Numbered from the stretch's first letter, positions 29,801 to 39,510 are shown. The stretch: 64,000 nt of DNA from Candidatus Kerfeldbacteria bacterium (GCA_016193315.1 JACPSJ010000001.1:21935-85934), one strand, 5' to 3'. Made by a program: numbers and translations. The notes: a model not told the origin generated them from the letters alone.

Positions 29801-30127
29801 CCCCAAATCTTCGATAAGCTTTTTCGGGCAGATAACGCTCGGACGGCTGAACCGAACGGTACCGGTCTCGGATTATACATCGTCAAGTCTATCCTCGACC
29901 ACGTCGGCGGTACCATCTCGTTCACCTCTCCAGCCGGGCGGGGCACAACCTTTACGGTCACCTTGCCGCTGAGCGGCATGAAGCGACAGGCCGGCACCAA
30001 GCCGCTCCAGATCAGTCCGCGCAAACAAGTATCTCTGGACACGAGTAACAAAAAACCCCGATCCCCGCGATCCCCAATTGAATCGGGGCGGGGAGATCGG
30101 AGACAGCCTGTTGGCATCAGGCGGTAA
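26885..30127 (+). CDS. sensor histidine kinase (1080 aa): N-terminal multi-TM sensor, ~300-aa extracytoplasmic domain, HAMP, PAS, HisKA, HATPase_c
   Basis: ~7 N-terminal TM helices, HAMP (LTAGARGLAAGNFAQRVAADTDDELGQLAAAFNTMATRLQ), PAS (ASIGDGVAITDAEGKVVMLNQSAERLLGWT), H-box EFVSLVSHQLRTPISSI, N/G boxes (LLTNAVVYS, GTGLGLYIV). Confidence 0.85.
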   Translation: MHAMFPSTTVHHPPSSTLSAPQVSRQPLTGRQVIVRLASAAVSYLGLFTLIGWAGELETFKSVLPGTLPTNPLLAVSLIFLGGAMWLAEDRSRAELQRLSGVLSGTVVAVAILRLVAWLGLDLGIDQAIFPRAVSSYVPPIRIGIATAVGLLTGSTALAFLRLGHQRWLRPAQWLSFLTATLASLALIGHLYGVTAPVPIGLVSAVGLLIVGLGLLASDPLRQLPGLGLATKVSLAVGFFGLVSMAVASYSVYGKTIRDLEQSLGQQQEVAAANTMQKIDRLLEEALEDIELISTDNALVASLSSSPTDTDVSSRLSTLAGATGPWSMLSVVGSDFQLVSSTSPSFSSTSTALTTEGRRVLTSARLRLVSYSDVIPPTRQRSPTVILAAPVLATAPDRPLLGVAVGEIDWSGVTKTLRDVRDGTVQLYDRRGIMVATNDVGRQRLAWRANFRGHRAVDQALRGRVGSEIGSGLVPESIGQAPPTLAVGELTAGSEATSQQTLVSYVPQRGYLEYRGSGWALTLETKTGSVVTAALQTASQVALTTAVLVSLLIVSLLLVLRTFLHPVARLTAGARGLAAGNFAQRVAADTDDELGQLAAAFNTMATRLQELYRRLDDKVHRRTAQLVEKVEFISRQNLLLQEARRAMSKVVQELQTDKARIAEEQAKDQAMLASIGDGVAITDAEGKVVMLNQSAERLLGWTVAEAIGQRYDQVAPLVDDRGREVPLLERHFYQSLQTGAVTSLPVIASRSFYRRRDGTKFPMAGITTPIHLHHRIIGAITVFRDITQEKAVDRAKTEFVSLVSHQLRTPISSINWLTELLLTGEIGRLTRDQRQVVGEIASASHRVIEMVTTFLNATRLELGTLVVEPEPVDVSRLVTSIFQELEPVVKHKRLQMEQRQVGPGTPVPADPTLMRIIVQNLLTNAVVYSRPGGKVRVTVTNRSPQARPAPDAQGVMILEVADNGIGIPTEQQPQIFDKLFRADNARTAEPNGTGLGLYIVKSILDHVGGTISFTSPAGRGTTFTVTLPLSGMKRQAGTKPLQISPRKQVSLDTSNKKPRSPRSPIESGRGDRRQPVGIRR

Positions 30128-31976
30128 TGGTGCATTTCATGTGGTGGATGAACGTCAGTAACCGACGGGTGATTTCCTGTCCCGGGCCGACGGCTTGACG
30201 TGCGTGCGGATTGAGGCCGACGGTGTCCTGGTGTTTCTTCCGCTTCTCGAGCAAGACCCGCGTCCGGACTAAGAACTGCAGCGCCGCGCGGAACTGCCAA
30301 GGATCGTAGGCGCCCCCCAAGGTTCCTTGGACCCGCTGCCGCACCTGGTTGACGGCTTCATATCGGTCTTTCACGGCCAGCTGGTCGCGCTTGCCGAGCT
30401 GGTACAAACCGTGGATGAGGATGGCCCGGGCGTGGCAGTGGTCGATGTCAGGGGGTAGGCAGTCGCGGACGTCGAATAGCTCCTCGGCTTCGGCGAAGTT
30501 ACGAATTGCCGCCCCGTTGGTCGGTGCGACGGCGGTAGTCTTGCTTTCCAGCGGAGGTTCCGTTTCCTCGGGAGCTAAAGCCGCCTCCAGTGCCTGACCG
30601 AGCCAGTAATCGCCGATAGCCCGTCGGGGATTTGTCTCTTCCTCTCGGAAGCTGTGCAGATACTGCCTGAACCGCTCGAGTTGTGCCGGTGGGATGTCCT
30701 CTCGGCGAATCAGCGCCAGCCGGCCGAGTAAGCGCTGACGGTAATCGGGGCTCTGTGGAGATAGCGCTTCGCGCCGCGGGTGGTCCTGGCGCTCAGCCCA
30801 GCCTCGAACGTCCCACATCGCCCGCACGCGAACTTCCAACGCGCAGCTTGGATCGTTGGCTGTTCGCCAGAGCTGGTTTGCTTCCCCGGTCATTGCCCGA
30901 TCTCGAAGCTGAGCGTCGACCTGCGGCAAGAGCCGGTGTTCGAGGTCATCGACCAGCCGGCGCACCACCCCGGCCTGGCGCGCCTCCTTTCGATTCTTCG
31001 TCAGCTCGACCGCGGCGGCGCTTAGCAGCCGGGCGTAGTGCTGACGATACCATTCGATCCGCGGTGACAGATTCAATAGCCACAAGCTCGGCCGCCTGAC
31101 TCGGCGTCCGATCGCCCGGTGTTGACGGTAGAGAATGTACAGATAGCGGTAGGCGCGCCGGGTTTGACGGAAGTGGTAGCCGATCGCCACGACGATGATC
31201 GTCAGCCCGACGGCGATGAGGATCCTCGGTCGGGTGGCTTCAAGCAGGTGGGCGAAGTGGTAGTCGATGGTGCCGGTGGCTTTTGTCAGCGTTAGTCCGG
31301 GCGAGAAGCCGGGGAACATCGATCCCGCCCGGGCCGCCAGCCGCTGGTAAAGATGTTCGAGATTCGCCAGGTTGTCGGCGCGTTGGTCTGACTCCGGGTA
31401 GCGAATCCAGAGCTGCGGGTACTCTTTGTACCCCAGGCTTCTCTCTTTCTTCGCGTCGATGCCGGCGTTCGGTCCGACACCGAGCACCTCGTGCGGCACA
31501 AACATCGTCGTCAAGATGCCCGGCCCCCGCCACCAGTGAAACTGGACGTAGCCGAGCGGCTTGCCGCGGAGCGGATCGAAAGCAGTGATCACGCTATCGG
31601 ATAGGCTTCTCCAACGGAGGCCGAGGGCCCGCTCATCTGCTTTCTTGCCGAGGCTTCCCAAGCGGTGGTTTTCGAGATAGACTTTGATGCCGGTCGCGCG
31701 CCGGAACTCACCGACGCCGGAGTCAAGAACGTATTCGGCGTTGCCGGCGTGATTGGGGCACCGCCACTTGTGGAGCGGCGGCCAGCAGGAGAAGAGGACG
31801 AGATACAGTCCCAGCAGAAGCGGCACCAAGATGACTGGCCAGCCGTAGTTCCGCTGCGACCACGAGAGTTGCGTTGGCGGTTGGGCCATGACACGAATCT
31901 CCTTTCGGAGTTGGGGGTGGGATGTCAAACAGCGTTCAAGATCTGCGGCAGCAAGGCCTTGTAGCATTTTTTCCAA
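30117..31976 (-). CDS. hypothetical membrane protein (619 aa), 2 TM helices
   Basis: Only long ORF in this 1.9-kb very GC-rich stretch; plus-strand ORFs are all under 140 aa; no recognisable domain; overlaps the HK stop by 11 nt. Confidence 0.4.
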   Translation of the reverse strand: MEKMLQGLAAADLERCLTSHPQLRKEIRVMAQPPTQLSWSQRNYGWPVILVPLLLGLYLVLFSCWPPLHKWRCPNHAGNAEYVLDSGVGEFRRATGIKVYLENHRLGSLGKKADERALGLRWRSLSDSVITAFDPLRGKPLGYVQFHWWRGPGILTTMFVPHEVLGVGPNAGIDAKKERSLGYKEYPQLWIRYPESDQRADNLANLEHLYQRLAARAGSMFPGFSPGLTLTKATGTIDYHFAHLLEATRPRILIAVGLTIIVVAIGYHFRQTRRAYRYLYILYRQHRAIGRRVRRPSLWLLNLSPRIEWYRQHYARLLSAAAVELTKNRKEARQAGVVRRLVDDLEHRLLPQVDAQLRDRAMTGEANQLWRTANDPSCALEVRVRAMWDVRGWAERQDHPRREALSPQSPDYRQRLLGRLALIRREDIPPAQLERFRQYLHSFREEETNPRRAIGDYWLGQALEAALAPEETEPPLESKTTAVAPTNGAAIRNFAEAEELFDVRDCLPPDIDHCHARAILIHGLYQLGKRDQLAVKDRYEAVNQVRQRVQGTLGGAYDPWQFRAALQFLVRTRVLLEKRKKHQDTVGLNPHARQAVGPGQEITRRLLTFIHHMKCTITA

Positions 31977-32094
31977 GCGGTGTCAACCCCGGACGGGGTC
32001 GGTCTTGACGCGTTGCACTTTTTGTGTTACCGTGCCTTGTCCTTCACGGACACTCACGTCGAACATTTTTCAACCAGTTCCATGAGGAGGCAGC

Positions 32095-32634
32095 GTGGAA
32101 AGCTCAGTTGCGTCCCTGAAACTCGGCCCACCCGAACTCGTCGAAGCCCGCATCTGGGGGACCCTGGCCGCCGGCATTCTCATTGGTCACCTCAAGGATC
32201 CGGCTCGGAACTCCGGACGGCTACTGGTCATGACCGACAGCGGCACGAGCGAGTGGAACGTCGGGATCGTCCCCGACGACAAGCTGGCGAAACGCAAGGA
32301 CATCGTTCGCGAGAAGGCTGCGAGGCTGAGGCGGATGAACAACCAGCGCGGTGACGTCTTATCCTGGCAGTCGAAGGATGAGGCCAACGAGCAGTTTGGT
32401 GGTGCGGCTTTCGCCCGGGACGTGATCGTCGCCTTCACCGGCCTGCCGCAGTTGGCTGACGAAGCGGTCAGCCTGGCCGTGCTCGTCCGGCTCAGGGCAC
32501 TGTCGGTCGCGCCGGCCCGCCAGTACAGCCTGATCAGTGGCAGCACCGAGTTCTTCGACCTCCTGGCGCGTCTGTTCTGGCCGAATGAGTTCGCGGCGCT
32601 CGGAGCGCCGGCCGCCAGCCCCGTTCCCGCCTAA
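32095..32634 (+). CDS. hypothetical protein, GTG start
   Basis: GAGGAGG 4 nt upstream of the GTG at 32095. Confidence 0.45.
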   Translation: MESSVASLKLGPPELVEARIWGTLAAGILIGHLKDPARNSGRLLVMTDSGTSEWNVGIVPDDKLAKRKDIVREKAARLRRMNNQRGDVLSWQSKDEANEQFGGAAFARDVIVAFTGLPQLADEAVSLAVLVRLRALSVAPARQYSLISGSTEFFDLLARLFWPNEFAALGAPAASPVPA

Positions 32635-32649
32635 GCAGTCAGACCTTTT

Positions 32650-33140
32650 TCAGACCGCGGGCACGTCAGTGCCCCGGTTTTTTGTCGATTCGCTGGGCGC
32701 CGATTGCCAGGCGCGTCTCGCCGCGAGCGCGGTTCCAAACAAAAAAATTGAAATCCCAGCTGAGATGAGGCAGTAGAAACAATAAGCTTTCAACACGAAT
32801 GCTTGCAGCCAGAGTAGATACAGGCTAAAGAGGAACCCCACCACGGTCAGAAGCATCAGGATCCGTAGCCACCGGACCTGTCCAGTATCCAGAACCATGA
32901 TGCTGAGAACGACAATGACCAGGTAGTAGCCCGCGCCCAGGAGCGAAATCGGAACCGGGCCGATGGTAGCGTAGACGCTATTGGTCACTACGTCGCAGCC
33001 GGTGGTGACCAGGCAGGGGATTGGCCCGTGCGTTAACTTCTCGACCGTCAGGAATGTGGCGTCGGCAAAGCCAAGCACGCCCAGGACGAGAAAGACAATG
33101 ACCCAGGTTTTTGGTTGACGCGCCGCCAGACCGTTAGTCA
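32650..33140 (-). CDS. vitamin K epoxide reductase (VKOR) family protein
   Basis: 4 TM helices, loop Cys pair CLVTTGC and active-site CFYC in TM4. Proposed GTG start at 33140 overlaps the TAA of the upstream DsbA-like ORF (gtgactaa). Confidence 0.7.
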
Positions 33141-34272
33141 CATCCCGTTCCCAAGCCCCCGACGCAGTTCTCGGTCGGCGGTTGACCGCGCTCCGGGCAC
33201 TTCTCCGAGTAGATACAGGCTTTGTCCGTGACGTTGGCCACCTGATCTTGGGTTTCGGCCGGCGTGTAGGTGCCAAAGAGAACAAGAATCCTGTCCAGGT
33301 CGTTCGGCTGATAGGCGCCAAACTGTGTATTCGCTTGGCCATTGACGAACAGTTGAAGTTTCTGGTCGCCGCTGGTGCATTTGTCCTGGCCGGTGTCGAG
33401 TTTCAAACATTGCGCGGTCAAGCCCATGCCGAAGGAGGTCAAGAGATCACTGAGGCTGACGTCAGCGGCGTGGATGTGCACCACCTCGCCATTGCCGTCG
33501 TGGAAATGGATGCCGGGGTGGAGGTGGTTGGCTTCGGTGGCTTGGAATTTATCCTGGGAGAAGTCGATGGCTTGACCATCGACGACCAGGCGAAAATCAA
33601 AGTGGTTGTGCACGGTGGCCGGGCTGGTGTTTGTCAACGGCCGCTTAGCAATTGCTTCTTCAATCAGCTTCTGGAAGTCTTCCAGACTGCGCGGGTTCTG
33701 AAGACGTTCGCCGTTGAGAAAGAAGGTCGGTGTACCGTTGACTTGGGCGCGGCGGCCGCTGGCGGCGTCGGTATCGACGACACTCGATACGGCGGTAGAA
33801 TCCAGATCAAGAGATCGTGCATCGGCCAGAACGCATCCTGTTTGGCCGCGGCCTCGGAGGCTTCGGCCGAGGCTTCAGCGTTTAGATGCGACTGGGTCAG
33901 CGGGAAGTGGCGGTAGGCGAGGCCAAGCCGGTCACCGAACTTGTCCGTCAATGATTGCAGGACCGATTCGTAGGCGGCGCAGGCCGGACACTGGAAGTCG
34001 CCGTATTCGATCAGAATCGCTGGTGCCTGGGCTGAACCACGAACATGATCAGTGGCTTTGATGGCATCAACCGATGAGTTAGTGTTGTTATCCGGTTGGC
34101 CCTTGGCCAAGTAGACGAGGCCCCAGACGATGAGGCCTAACCCAAGAATCGTCCCCCCCCAAGTGAGGATGCGCCGCGGGGCCACCGGTTTCTTGACCGA
34201 CTCATTGGTCGGCAACAGTCCTTGCCGGCGTAACTCGCGACGCTGCTTCTTGGTCAAATGTTGGTCGTCCAT
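33134..34272 (-). pseudogene. DsbA-family thiol:disulfide oxidoreductase with an N-terminal TM anchor and a C-terminal Cys-rich extension, interrupted by a frameshift near 33760..33810
   Basis: Upstream ORF: TM anchor, then FQCPAC...FWPMHDLL (DsbA-like). A different frame continues with ...RRAQVNGTPTFFLNGERLQNPRSLEDFQKLIEEAI... (classic DsbA C-terminal motif) into ORF 33134..33637. Confidence 0.5.
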
Positions 34273-34291
34273 AGGTGAACGGTTAGGTTAC

Positions 34292-34501
34292 TCAAGTGTC
34301 GTCTGGCGCGCTATATTTCTCTGGATCGTCGAGGAATTGTCGAAAGCAATCGGCGGAGTGAAAATAATACGTGGTTTGGTGGTAGTCATATGTCTGAGCC
34401 GCTTGTCGAGGGTCGAGGGCGACATCACAAACGGGATCAACAACCGAGCCGATGGATGCGTCGTCGACTTCTGTCGATGCTGCATATGGACCAATGACCA
34501 C
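34292..34501 (-). CDS. YHS-domain small metal-binding protein
   Basis: DPVCDVALDPRQAAQTYDYHQTTYYFHSADCFRQFLDDPEKY fits the YHS motif (DPVCxM...YYFCS..C...F..nPekY). Confidence 0.6.
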   Translation of the reverse strand: MVIGPYAASTEVDDASIGSVVDPVCDVALDPRQAAQTYDYHQTTYYFHSADCFRQFLDDPEKYSAPDDT

Positions 34502-34519
34502 GGCGATAGGCAGGTGCTG

Positions 34520-35458
34520 TTATTGGCACACCGGCGGCGATTCGTAACTGACCGATTCATAGGTTAGGCCCAGACTAGCGATTAAGCCAGCTTTTTCTAA
34601 CTCGCCATCGCACTTATGATCGCCCGAAGGTCGTTTCCCAACGTTCCCGACGCAGTAGTACTGCATTTCGGTGCCGGTCCAGGGCCAATACTGGTCTCCG
34701 CACATGACCAGTGGACCGTCATCCGGCCAAAATCCTCCTCCGGCACAGTTACAGCAAGTCCCATAATAGGTGCTATTTGACGAGAAGGAATGACTAGTTT
34801 CAGTGGTGTTGCCATTTGGGGAGCGGTAGCGGCGCAATTGACCCTTAATTGCTTTGCTGGAGTTCAAGAACGCTCGGCTGCCGCTTTTTTCCAGTTCAAT
34901 CTGAATGACATAGTGTTGGAAGTTGTCGAGTTCGCCGCTCACCAGATAGTGCCAGTGCTGCCGGTGCCAAGTGCTGCTCGGCCCACCCTCATATCTGGGC
35001 GTACCCGGAATTATTTTGTTAACAATCGGGTCATCGGGGATGGAACCGATAAGGTAGGGCTGTAAGATATCTTCCAACTGTTTCCATCCGCTCGGTAAGT
35101 CGCCCCCGGAGGCGGAAGAGATACACTCGGTATGAGGGTAAGTACCGTGGGCCGTATAGTACCGTTCGAGAGCCAGCTGAATCTCGGCCGCATCGGCTGC
35201 CCGCTGGGCATTCCTCGCTCGCACCCGCGCGCCGGAGGCGTAGTTGATGCCGATCAGGCTAATAATGCCGAGCACGCCGATGGTGATGACTATTTCGATC
35301 AAGGTGAAACCGAAAATTCGCCGTACTTTCTTGGTCGGAAGGTGTGGGGTTTGTAGAAGGTTGGACGGAGCCCGGCGGCTCGACCGGGCGACTGGGGGTG
35401 AAGCGGTTATTGCCGGCCGGGTGGCGGTGGGCTTAGGGTCTCGTGGTGTCACTAGCAA
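34520..35458 (-). CDS. prepilin-type N-terminal domain protein with a Cys-rich C-terminal domain
   Basis: ...KKVRRIFG|[16 protein letters not shown] prepilin motif. The C-terminus has a CCNC...C...C...C cluster. Start unclear: the conceptual leader is ~49 aa and the ORF overlaps the copA 3' end. Confidence 0.6.
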   Translation of the reverse strand: MLVTPRDPKPTATRPAITASPPVARSSRRAPSNLLQTPHLPTKKVRRIFGFTLIEIVITIGVLGIISLIGINYASGARVRARNAQRAADAAEIQLALERYYTAHGTYPHTECISSASGGDLPSGWKQLEDILQPYLIGSIPDDPIVNKIIPGTPRYEGGPSSTWHRQHWHYLVSGELDNFQHYVIQIELEKSGSRAFLNSSKAIKGQLRRYRSPNGNTTETSHSFSSNSTYYGTCCNCAGGGFWPDDGPLVMCGDQYWPWTGTEMQYYCVGNVGKRPSGDHKCDGELEKAGLIASLGLTYESVSYESPPVCQ

Positions 35459-37868
35459 GGCGGAAACGTTTTAGCCGCAGTGAGTTTAGCACGACGAAGA
35501 GCGACGAGCCAGCCATGGCGCCGGAAGCGATGATCGGGCTGAGCAACAGATGAAACGCCGGGTACAGGACACCAGCGGCGATCGGCAGGCCGAGAATATT
35601 GTAGATGAATGCCCAGAAGAGATTCTGCTTGATATTCCGGAGCGTAGCTTTTGATAGGCGGATGGCGGTTACCACCTGACGGAGGTCATTGCCGACGATG
35701 GTGATATCCGACGCTTCCCGCGCCACGTCCGTGCCCGAGCCCATGGCCATGCCGACATCGGCTTGGGCCAGAGCTGGTGCATCATTGACGCCATCGCCGA
35801 CCATGGCCACGCGGTGTCCAGCAGCCTGGAGTTCTTTGACCTTGGCCGCTTTGTCGCCCGGCAGAATATTGGCCAGCACCCGATCGCGGTCAATGCCGAC
35901 TAGCTGAGCGATGCGGGCGGCCGTCACTTCGTGGTCGCCGGTGATCATGAAGACGGTTAGCCCGAGGCGACGTAATTGCGCGATGGCCGCCTGGCTGGTT
36001 GGCTTGATTTTGTCGCCGACGCCAATCAGCCCAGCCGTGTCTGCCTCAACCGCCACCATGATCGGCGTCAACCCACGCCTGGTGTAGGCTTGATGGTCGA
36101 ATCGGTCACCCGTAGTGAAAACGCCGAGGTTGTGCACCAGCCGTGGGGAACCGACAATCACTCGCTGTCCATTGATCACACCACTGACTCCTTGTCCGGG
36201 ATGGTTGTTGAAACCCACGACCGGCTGGAGAGTTAAACCCCGCTTCTTGGCTTCGGCCACGATCGCTTTGGCCATCGGGTGCTCGCTTTTTGCTTCGACT
36301 GAGGCGGCGTACTGCAGCGTGTAGTCTCGCCCGACGACATCGATCACGGCCATCTGCCCGCTGGTGACGGTGCCGGTCTTGTCCAGCACGATCGTGTCGA
36401 CCCGCTGAAGCAATTCCAAAGCCTCGGCATCGCGCACCAGCACGCCTTGTTCAGCGCCGCGACCAACACCAATCATAACCGCCGTCGGCGTGGCTAAGCC
36501 AAGGGCGCAGGGGCAGGCAATGATCAGCACCGTGACCGCGGCGATCAAGCTGAAGTTCAGGGCCAGGACGCCAGCCGGCGGGAAAATCATCCAGACGGTA
36601 AACGCCACCAGCGCGATGGCGATGACAATCGGCACAAAAACTCCAGAAATCTTGTCGGCCAAACGCTGAATTGGAGCTTGCGAGCTCTGGGCCTCCTCCA
36701 CCAGCTGGATGATCTGTGACAACATCGTTTGCTTCCCGACCTTCGTGGCGCGGAAGGTGAAGCTGCCGTGAGTATTGATGGTACTGCCGTAGACGATACT
36801 GCCCGGACTTTTCTCCCGCGGCAGGCTTTCGCCAGTGACCATCGCCTCGTCAACCGCCGACTGCCCGTCGACCACCTCGCCATCAACGGCTATTTTTTCA
36901 CCCGGCCGGACGACGATCACATCGCCCACCACGACTTGGTCAAGCGGTACTTCTCGTTCTTGCCCATGGCGGATAACGCGCGCCACTTTGGCGGCCAATT
37001 GGGCCAGTTTGCGGATCGCTTCATTGGCGCCGGCCTTAGCCCTGGCTTCAAGATACTTACCGAGCAGAATGAGCGTGATGATGACGACGGTCACGTCAAA
37101 GTAGGTGGCTGGTTGCTGCCCACTGCCGGCAAAAGCCGCTGGCCAGACCACTGCGACCAGGCTGAAAAAGTATGCGGCGCTGGTGCCGAGAGCGATGAGC
37201 GTATCCATGTTCGCTTGCCAGAAGCGCAGCGATTTCCAGGTGCTGACGAAAAACTGCGATCCAGCCCAGAAGAGGACCGGCGTGGCCAGAAGAAGTTGAA
37301 TCGGTCGAATGGTTGATTCGGGAGCGATGGTTGCTCCGAACAACATCAATGCGTCCGGCAGCATGACCATGATCGAAGTAACCACCCCGAACCTCAACTT
37401 GCGTTTTAAGATAAGGAGTTCTTCCTGTCGCAACATCCGGGCGTGATCGTGGACGCTGTGTTCCATTGAGCCGGTTTCACCGGTGTGTTCGTGGGCCGAT
37501 GGTTCGTGTTCGTCATGGTGGTCGTGGGCGGCCGCGGCTCCTCCCCTGCCCGACCGCTCGGCCATGAGCTCGCGGCCGAATGGGGGGAGGTGTCCCGAGC
37601 TTCGTCGAGGGGCGGAGGGGTGGGAGCCGCGGCCGCCCTCAATAACGGCCGTGTATCCCAGCTTGTCGATTTGCTCGGCGATCCGTGTTGGTGAGCATTG
37701 CTGTGAATCGAAAGTCACCCGACCCTGCTCGGTGGCGTAATTGACGTTAACCTCAGCCACGCCTGGTAGCTTTTTGACCACCCGCTCAATGTTCTTGGCG
37801 CACGAAGCACAGTGCATGCCGACGATGGGAAAACGAAGGCTGGTGGTCATACCCTGGTCACTGAACAA
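35433..37868 (-). CDS. copA: copper-translocating P1B-type ATPase
   Basis: N-terminal HMA ([12 protein letters not shown]), His-rich stretch, CPC in the TM region, [15 protein letters not shown]. Confidence 0.9.
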   Translation of the reverse strand: MFSDQGMTTSLRFPIVGMHCASCAKNIERVVKKLPGVAEVNVNYATEQGRVTFDSQQCSPTRIAEQIDKLGYTAVIEGGRGSHPSAPRRSSGHLPPFGRELMAERSGRGGAAAAHDHHDEHEPSAHEHTGETGSMEHSVHDHARMLRQEELLILKRKLRFGVVTSIMVMLPDALMLFGATIAPESTIRPIQLLLATPVLFWAGSQFFVSTWKSLRFWQANMDTLIALGTSAAYFFSLVAVVWPAAFAGSGQQPATYFDVTVVIITLILLGKYLEARAKAGANEAIRKLAQLAAKVARVIRHGQEREVPLDQVVVGDVIVVRPGEKIAVDGEVVDGQSAVDEAMVTGESLPREKSPGSIVYGSTINTHGSFTFRATKVGKQTMLSQIIQLVEEAQSSQAPIQRLADKISGVFVPIVIAIALVAFTVWMIFPPAGVLALNFSLIAAVTVLIIACPCALGLATPTAVMIGVGRGAEQGVLVRDAEALELLQRVDTIVLDKTGTVTSGQMAVIDVVGRDYTLQYAASVEAKSEHPMAKAIVAEAKKRGLTLQPVVGFNNHPGQGVSGVINGQRVIVGSPRLVHNLGVFTTGDRFDHQAYTRRGLTPIMVAVEADTAGLIGVGDKIKPTSQAAIAQLRRLGLTVFMITGDHEVTAARIAQLVGIDRDRVLANILPGDKAAKVKELQAAGHRVAMVGDGVNDAPALAQADVGMAMGSGTDVAREASDITIVGNDLRQVVTAIRLSKATLRNIKQNLFWAFIYNILGLPIAAGVLYPAFHLLLSPIIASGAMAGSSLFVVLNSLRLKRFRLASDTTRP

Positions 37869-38859
37869 TGTTCACCGGCTGACCGTGCTCAAAAGCCTCG
37901 ATGTTCTTTATCGTTGTGTCTAGAATGCGCTGGAGCGCCTCGCCGGAGTTAAAGGCGTTGTGTGGTGTGATGATCACTTTCGGGTGGTTGAGGAGCAGGT
38001 GATCGGCCAAGACCGTCTTGAGGTCACACTTCGTCTGGAAAACCTTTGACAGCAACTCCCGCTCTTCCTTGATGGTGCATTCTTCTTCCAAAACATCTAG
38101 GCCGACGCCAGCCAGGTGTCCTTCGCCCAACACCTTCAAGAGTGCCTGCGTATCAATCAGTTGACCACGGGCGGTGTTGATCAGCCAGGCAGTCGGCTTC
38201 ATCAACCGCAATCGTGCTTCGTTGAGGAGATGCTGATTGTCCGGCGTGGCTGGCGCGTGGAGGGAAACGACGTCGCTCCGTCGCAACAGATCGTCCAGCG
38301 GGACGTACTGGAATTCAAGCCGTCGGGCCTGCTCTTGATTCGGGCGTGGGTCATAAGCGATGACCGACATTTCCAGCCCCCGCCCCATTTTGATCAGCCG
38401 TTGACCGATCCGACCGGCACCGACCACGCCCATGGTTTTACCGGCCAAGTCCACGCCACGCAGGTCGTCGAGACGAAAATCGCCATGCTGAGTTCGGACC
38501 ACGCTGGGGATGATTTTTCTCGACAGGGCGAGGAGCAGGGCCAAAGCATGTTCAGCCACAGTGTTCTCGCCGTACGACGGCACGTTGCAAACGGTGATGC
38601 CGTGGCTGTGGCAGGCGGCCAAGTCAATGTGGTCGTACCCGGTCGACATGGTGGCGATCAGCCTCAGTGCCGGGTAGCGGTCGAGGACGTCTTTGGTGAT
38701 CGGGCTGTAGATAAAGATGGCCAACACGTCGGGTTGCCCGATATCACCGGCTTCATCAAGATGCTTGGTGGAAAACTGCCCGTTGGGGAAAACCCGCCGT
38801 AGATAATCGATTTCCCATTGTTCCAGCTCGACCGCCGCCAGGCGCATGGTTTGATTCAT
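37858..38859 (-). CDS. D-isomer-specific 2-hydroxyacid dehydrogenase family protein
   Basis: NAD-binding [12 protein letters not shown], catalytic R/E/H region (NTARGQLID...PHNAF). Confidence 0.85.
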   Translation of the reverse strand: MNQTMRLAAVELEQWEIDYLRRVFPNGQFSTKHLDEAGDIGQPDVLAIFIYSPITKDVLDRYPALRLIATMSTGYDHIDLAACHSHGITVCNVPSYGENTVAEHALALLLALSRKIIPSVVRTQHGDFRLDDLRGVDLAGKTMGVVGAGRIGQRLIKMGRGLEMSVIAYDPRPNQEQARRLEFQYVPLDDLLRRSDVVSLHAPATPDNQHLLNEARLRLMKPTAWLINTARGQLIDTQALLKVLGEGHLAGVGLDVLEEECTIKEERELLSKVFQTKCDLKTVLADHLLLNHPKVIITPHNAFNSGEALQRILDTTIKNIEAFEHGQPVNIVQ

Positions 38860-39131
38860 AGTCGGTCAAAAACCTGCATTAGTTCAGCGATCGTTTTTTC
38901 GGCCGCCCCGCCTCTGGTGTCCCGCATGTCCCGGGCGACGCAGGTACGGAGGTGATGCTGCAGCACTTGCTCGTCAAACTTTCGCAGCGCCTGCTGGATG
39001 GCCCGCGATTGGTGGATGATGTCGATGCAGTAGGCGCCTTCATCGAGCATGCGGCGAACTTTCCGCAGGTGTCCCTCGACGATGGCCAGACGGTGAGCCG
39101 TGGTTTTTCGCTTATCTTGGAGGGTTTTCAT
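38856..39131 (-). CDS. csoR: CsoR/RcnR-family metal-sensing transcriptional repressor
   Basis: HRLAIVEGHLRKVRRMLDEGAYCIDIIHQSRAIQQAL...HL (W-X-Y-Z Cys/His positions of the CsoR family); 4-bp overlap with the dehydrogenase gene. Confidence 0.75.
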   Translation of the reverse strand: MKTLQDKRKTTAHRLAIVEGHLRKVRRMLDEGAYCIDIIHQSRAIQQALRKFDEQVLQHHLRTCVARDMRDTRGGAAEKTIAELMQVFDRL

Positions 39132-39157
39132 GGTTATCCAACCTTCGTCCACAAGTC

Positions 39158-39216
39158 TGGTATGGGGGATTGAGGAATCATGGTGTGGATAGTCCTAATC
39201 CCCTATGGGGGGATTA
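39158..39216. promoter_or_regulatory. candidate CsoR operator(s) in the csoR promoter region
   Basis: GC-tract pseudo-palindrome taatcccctatggggggatta (39196..39216) plus a second tggtatgggggattg half-copy (39158..39172). Resembles known CsoR boxes (TACCC-n-GGGTA type). Confidence 0.4.
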
Positions 39217-39332
39217 TAACAGTCCACAGGCCGGGGCACAATCCCCTCTATCTACGGACCTACTTCGCGAGGTTTTTGCTTGTCGCTTGACATTGAAATA
39301 GCGGCTGGTGTAGGGTGTGTTTACAACCGAAT

Positions 39333-39510
39333 ACGCATCAAGAGAGGGTGATAGCGCACGCTCAACGTGCCGCGGGTGTACTGGACCCGCCAAGCGCCCC
39401 CACAACCTACCTCAAGCTTGTCGAGAGGCAAGGTGCGAACCCAGCCCTGTCCGGCGGAGGGACGTAGTACGTCCCGGAGCCGGATCCGGCTCGGCCGGAA
39501 AAGGGACAGA
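39333..39510 (+). promoter_or_regulatory. SAM-I (S-box) riboswitch-like element, variant with insertions (upstream copy)
   Basis: P1 acgcatc...gatgc; core ATCAAGAGAGGGTGA...ACTGGaCCCG...AACC...GGTGCGAAccCAGCC...GGACAGATG; resembles the RF00162 consensus. Confidence 0.4.

Noticed and set aside
30349-31964. Several 80..140-aa plus-strand ORFs inside 30117..31976
   Set aside because: Short, overlapping each other, antisense to the only long ORF; judged to be GC-driven
33182-33916. 244-aa plus-strand ORF across the VKOR/DsbA region
   Set aside because: Antisense to two genes with clear family motifs; composition is Gly/Ala/Val-rich noise
34130-34567. 145-aa plus-strand ORF overlapping the DsbA N-terminus and YHS gene
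   Set aside because: Antisense to motif-bearing genes; no RBS
39287-39316. TTGACA-18-TAGGGT as the promoter of the riboswitch transcript
   Set aside because: The -10 is poor (TAGGGT) and spacing is 18; kept only as a weak possibility, not listed as a feature
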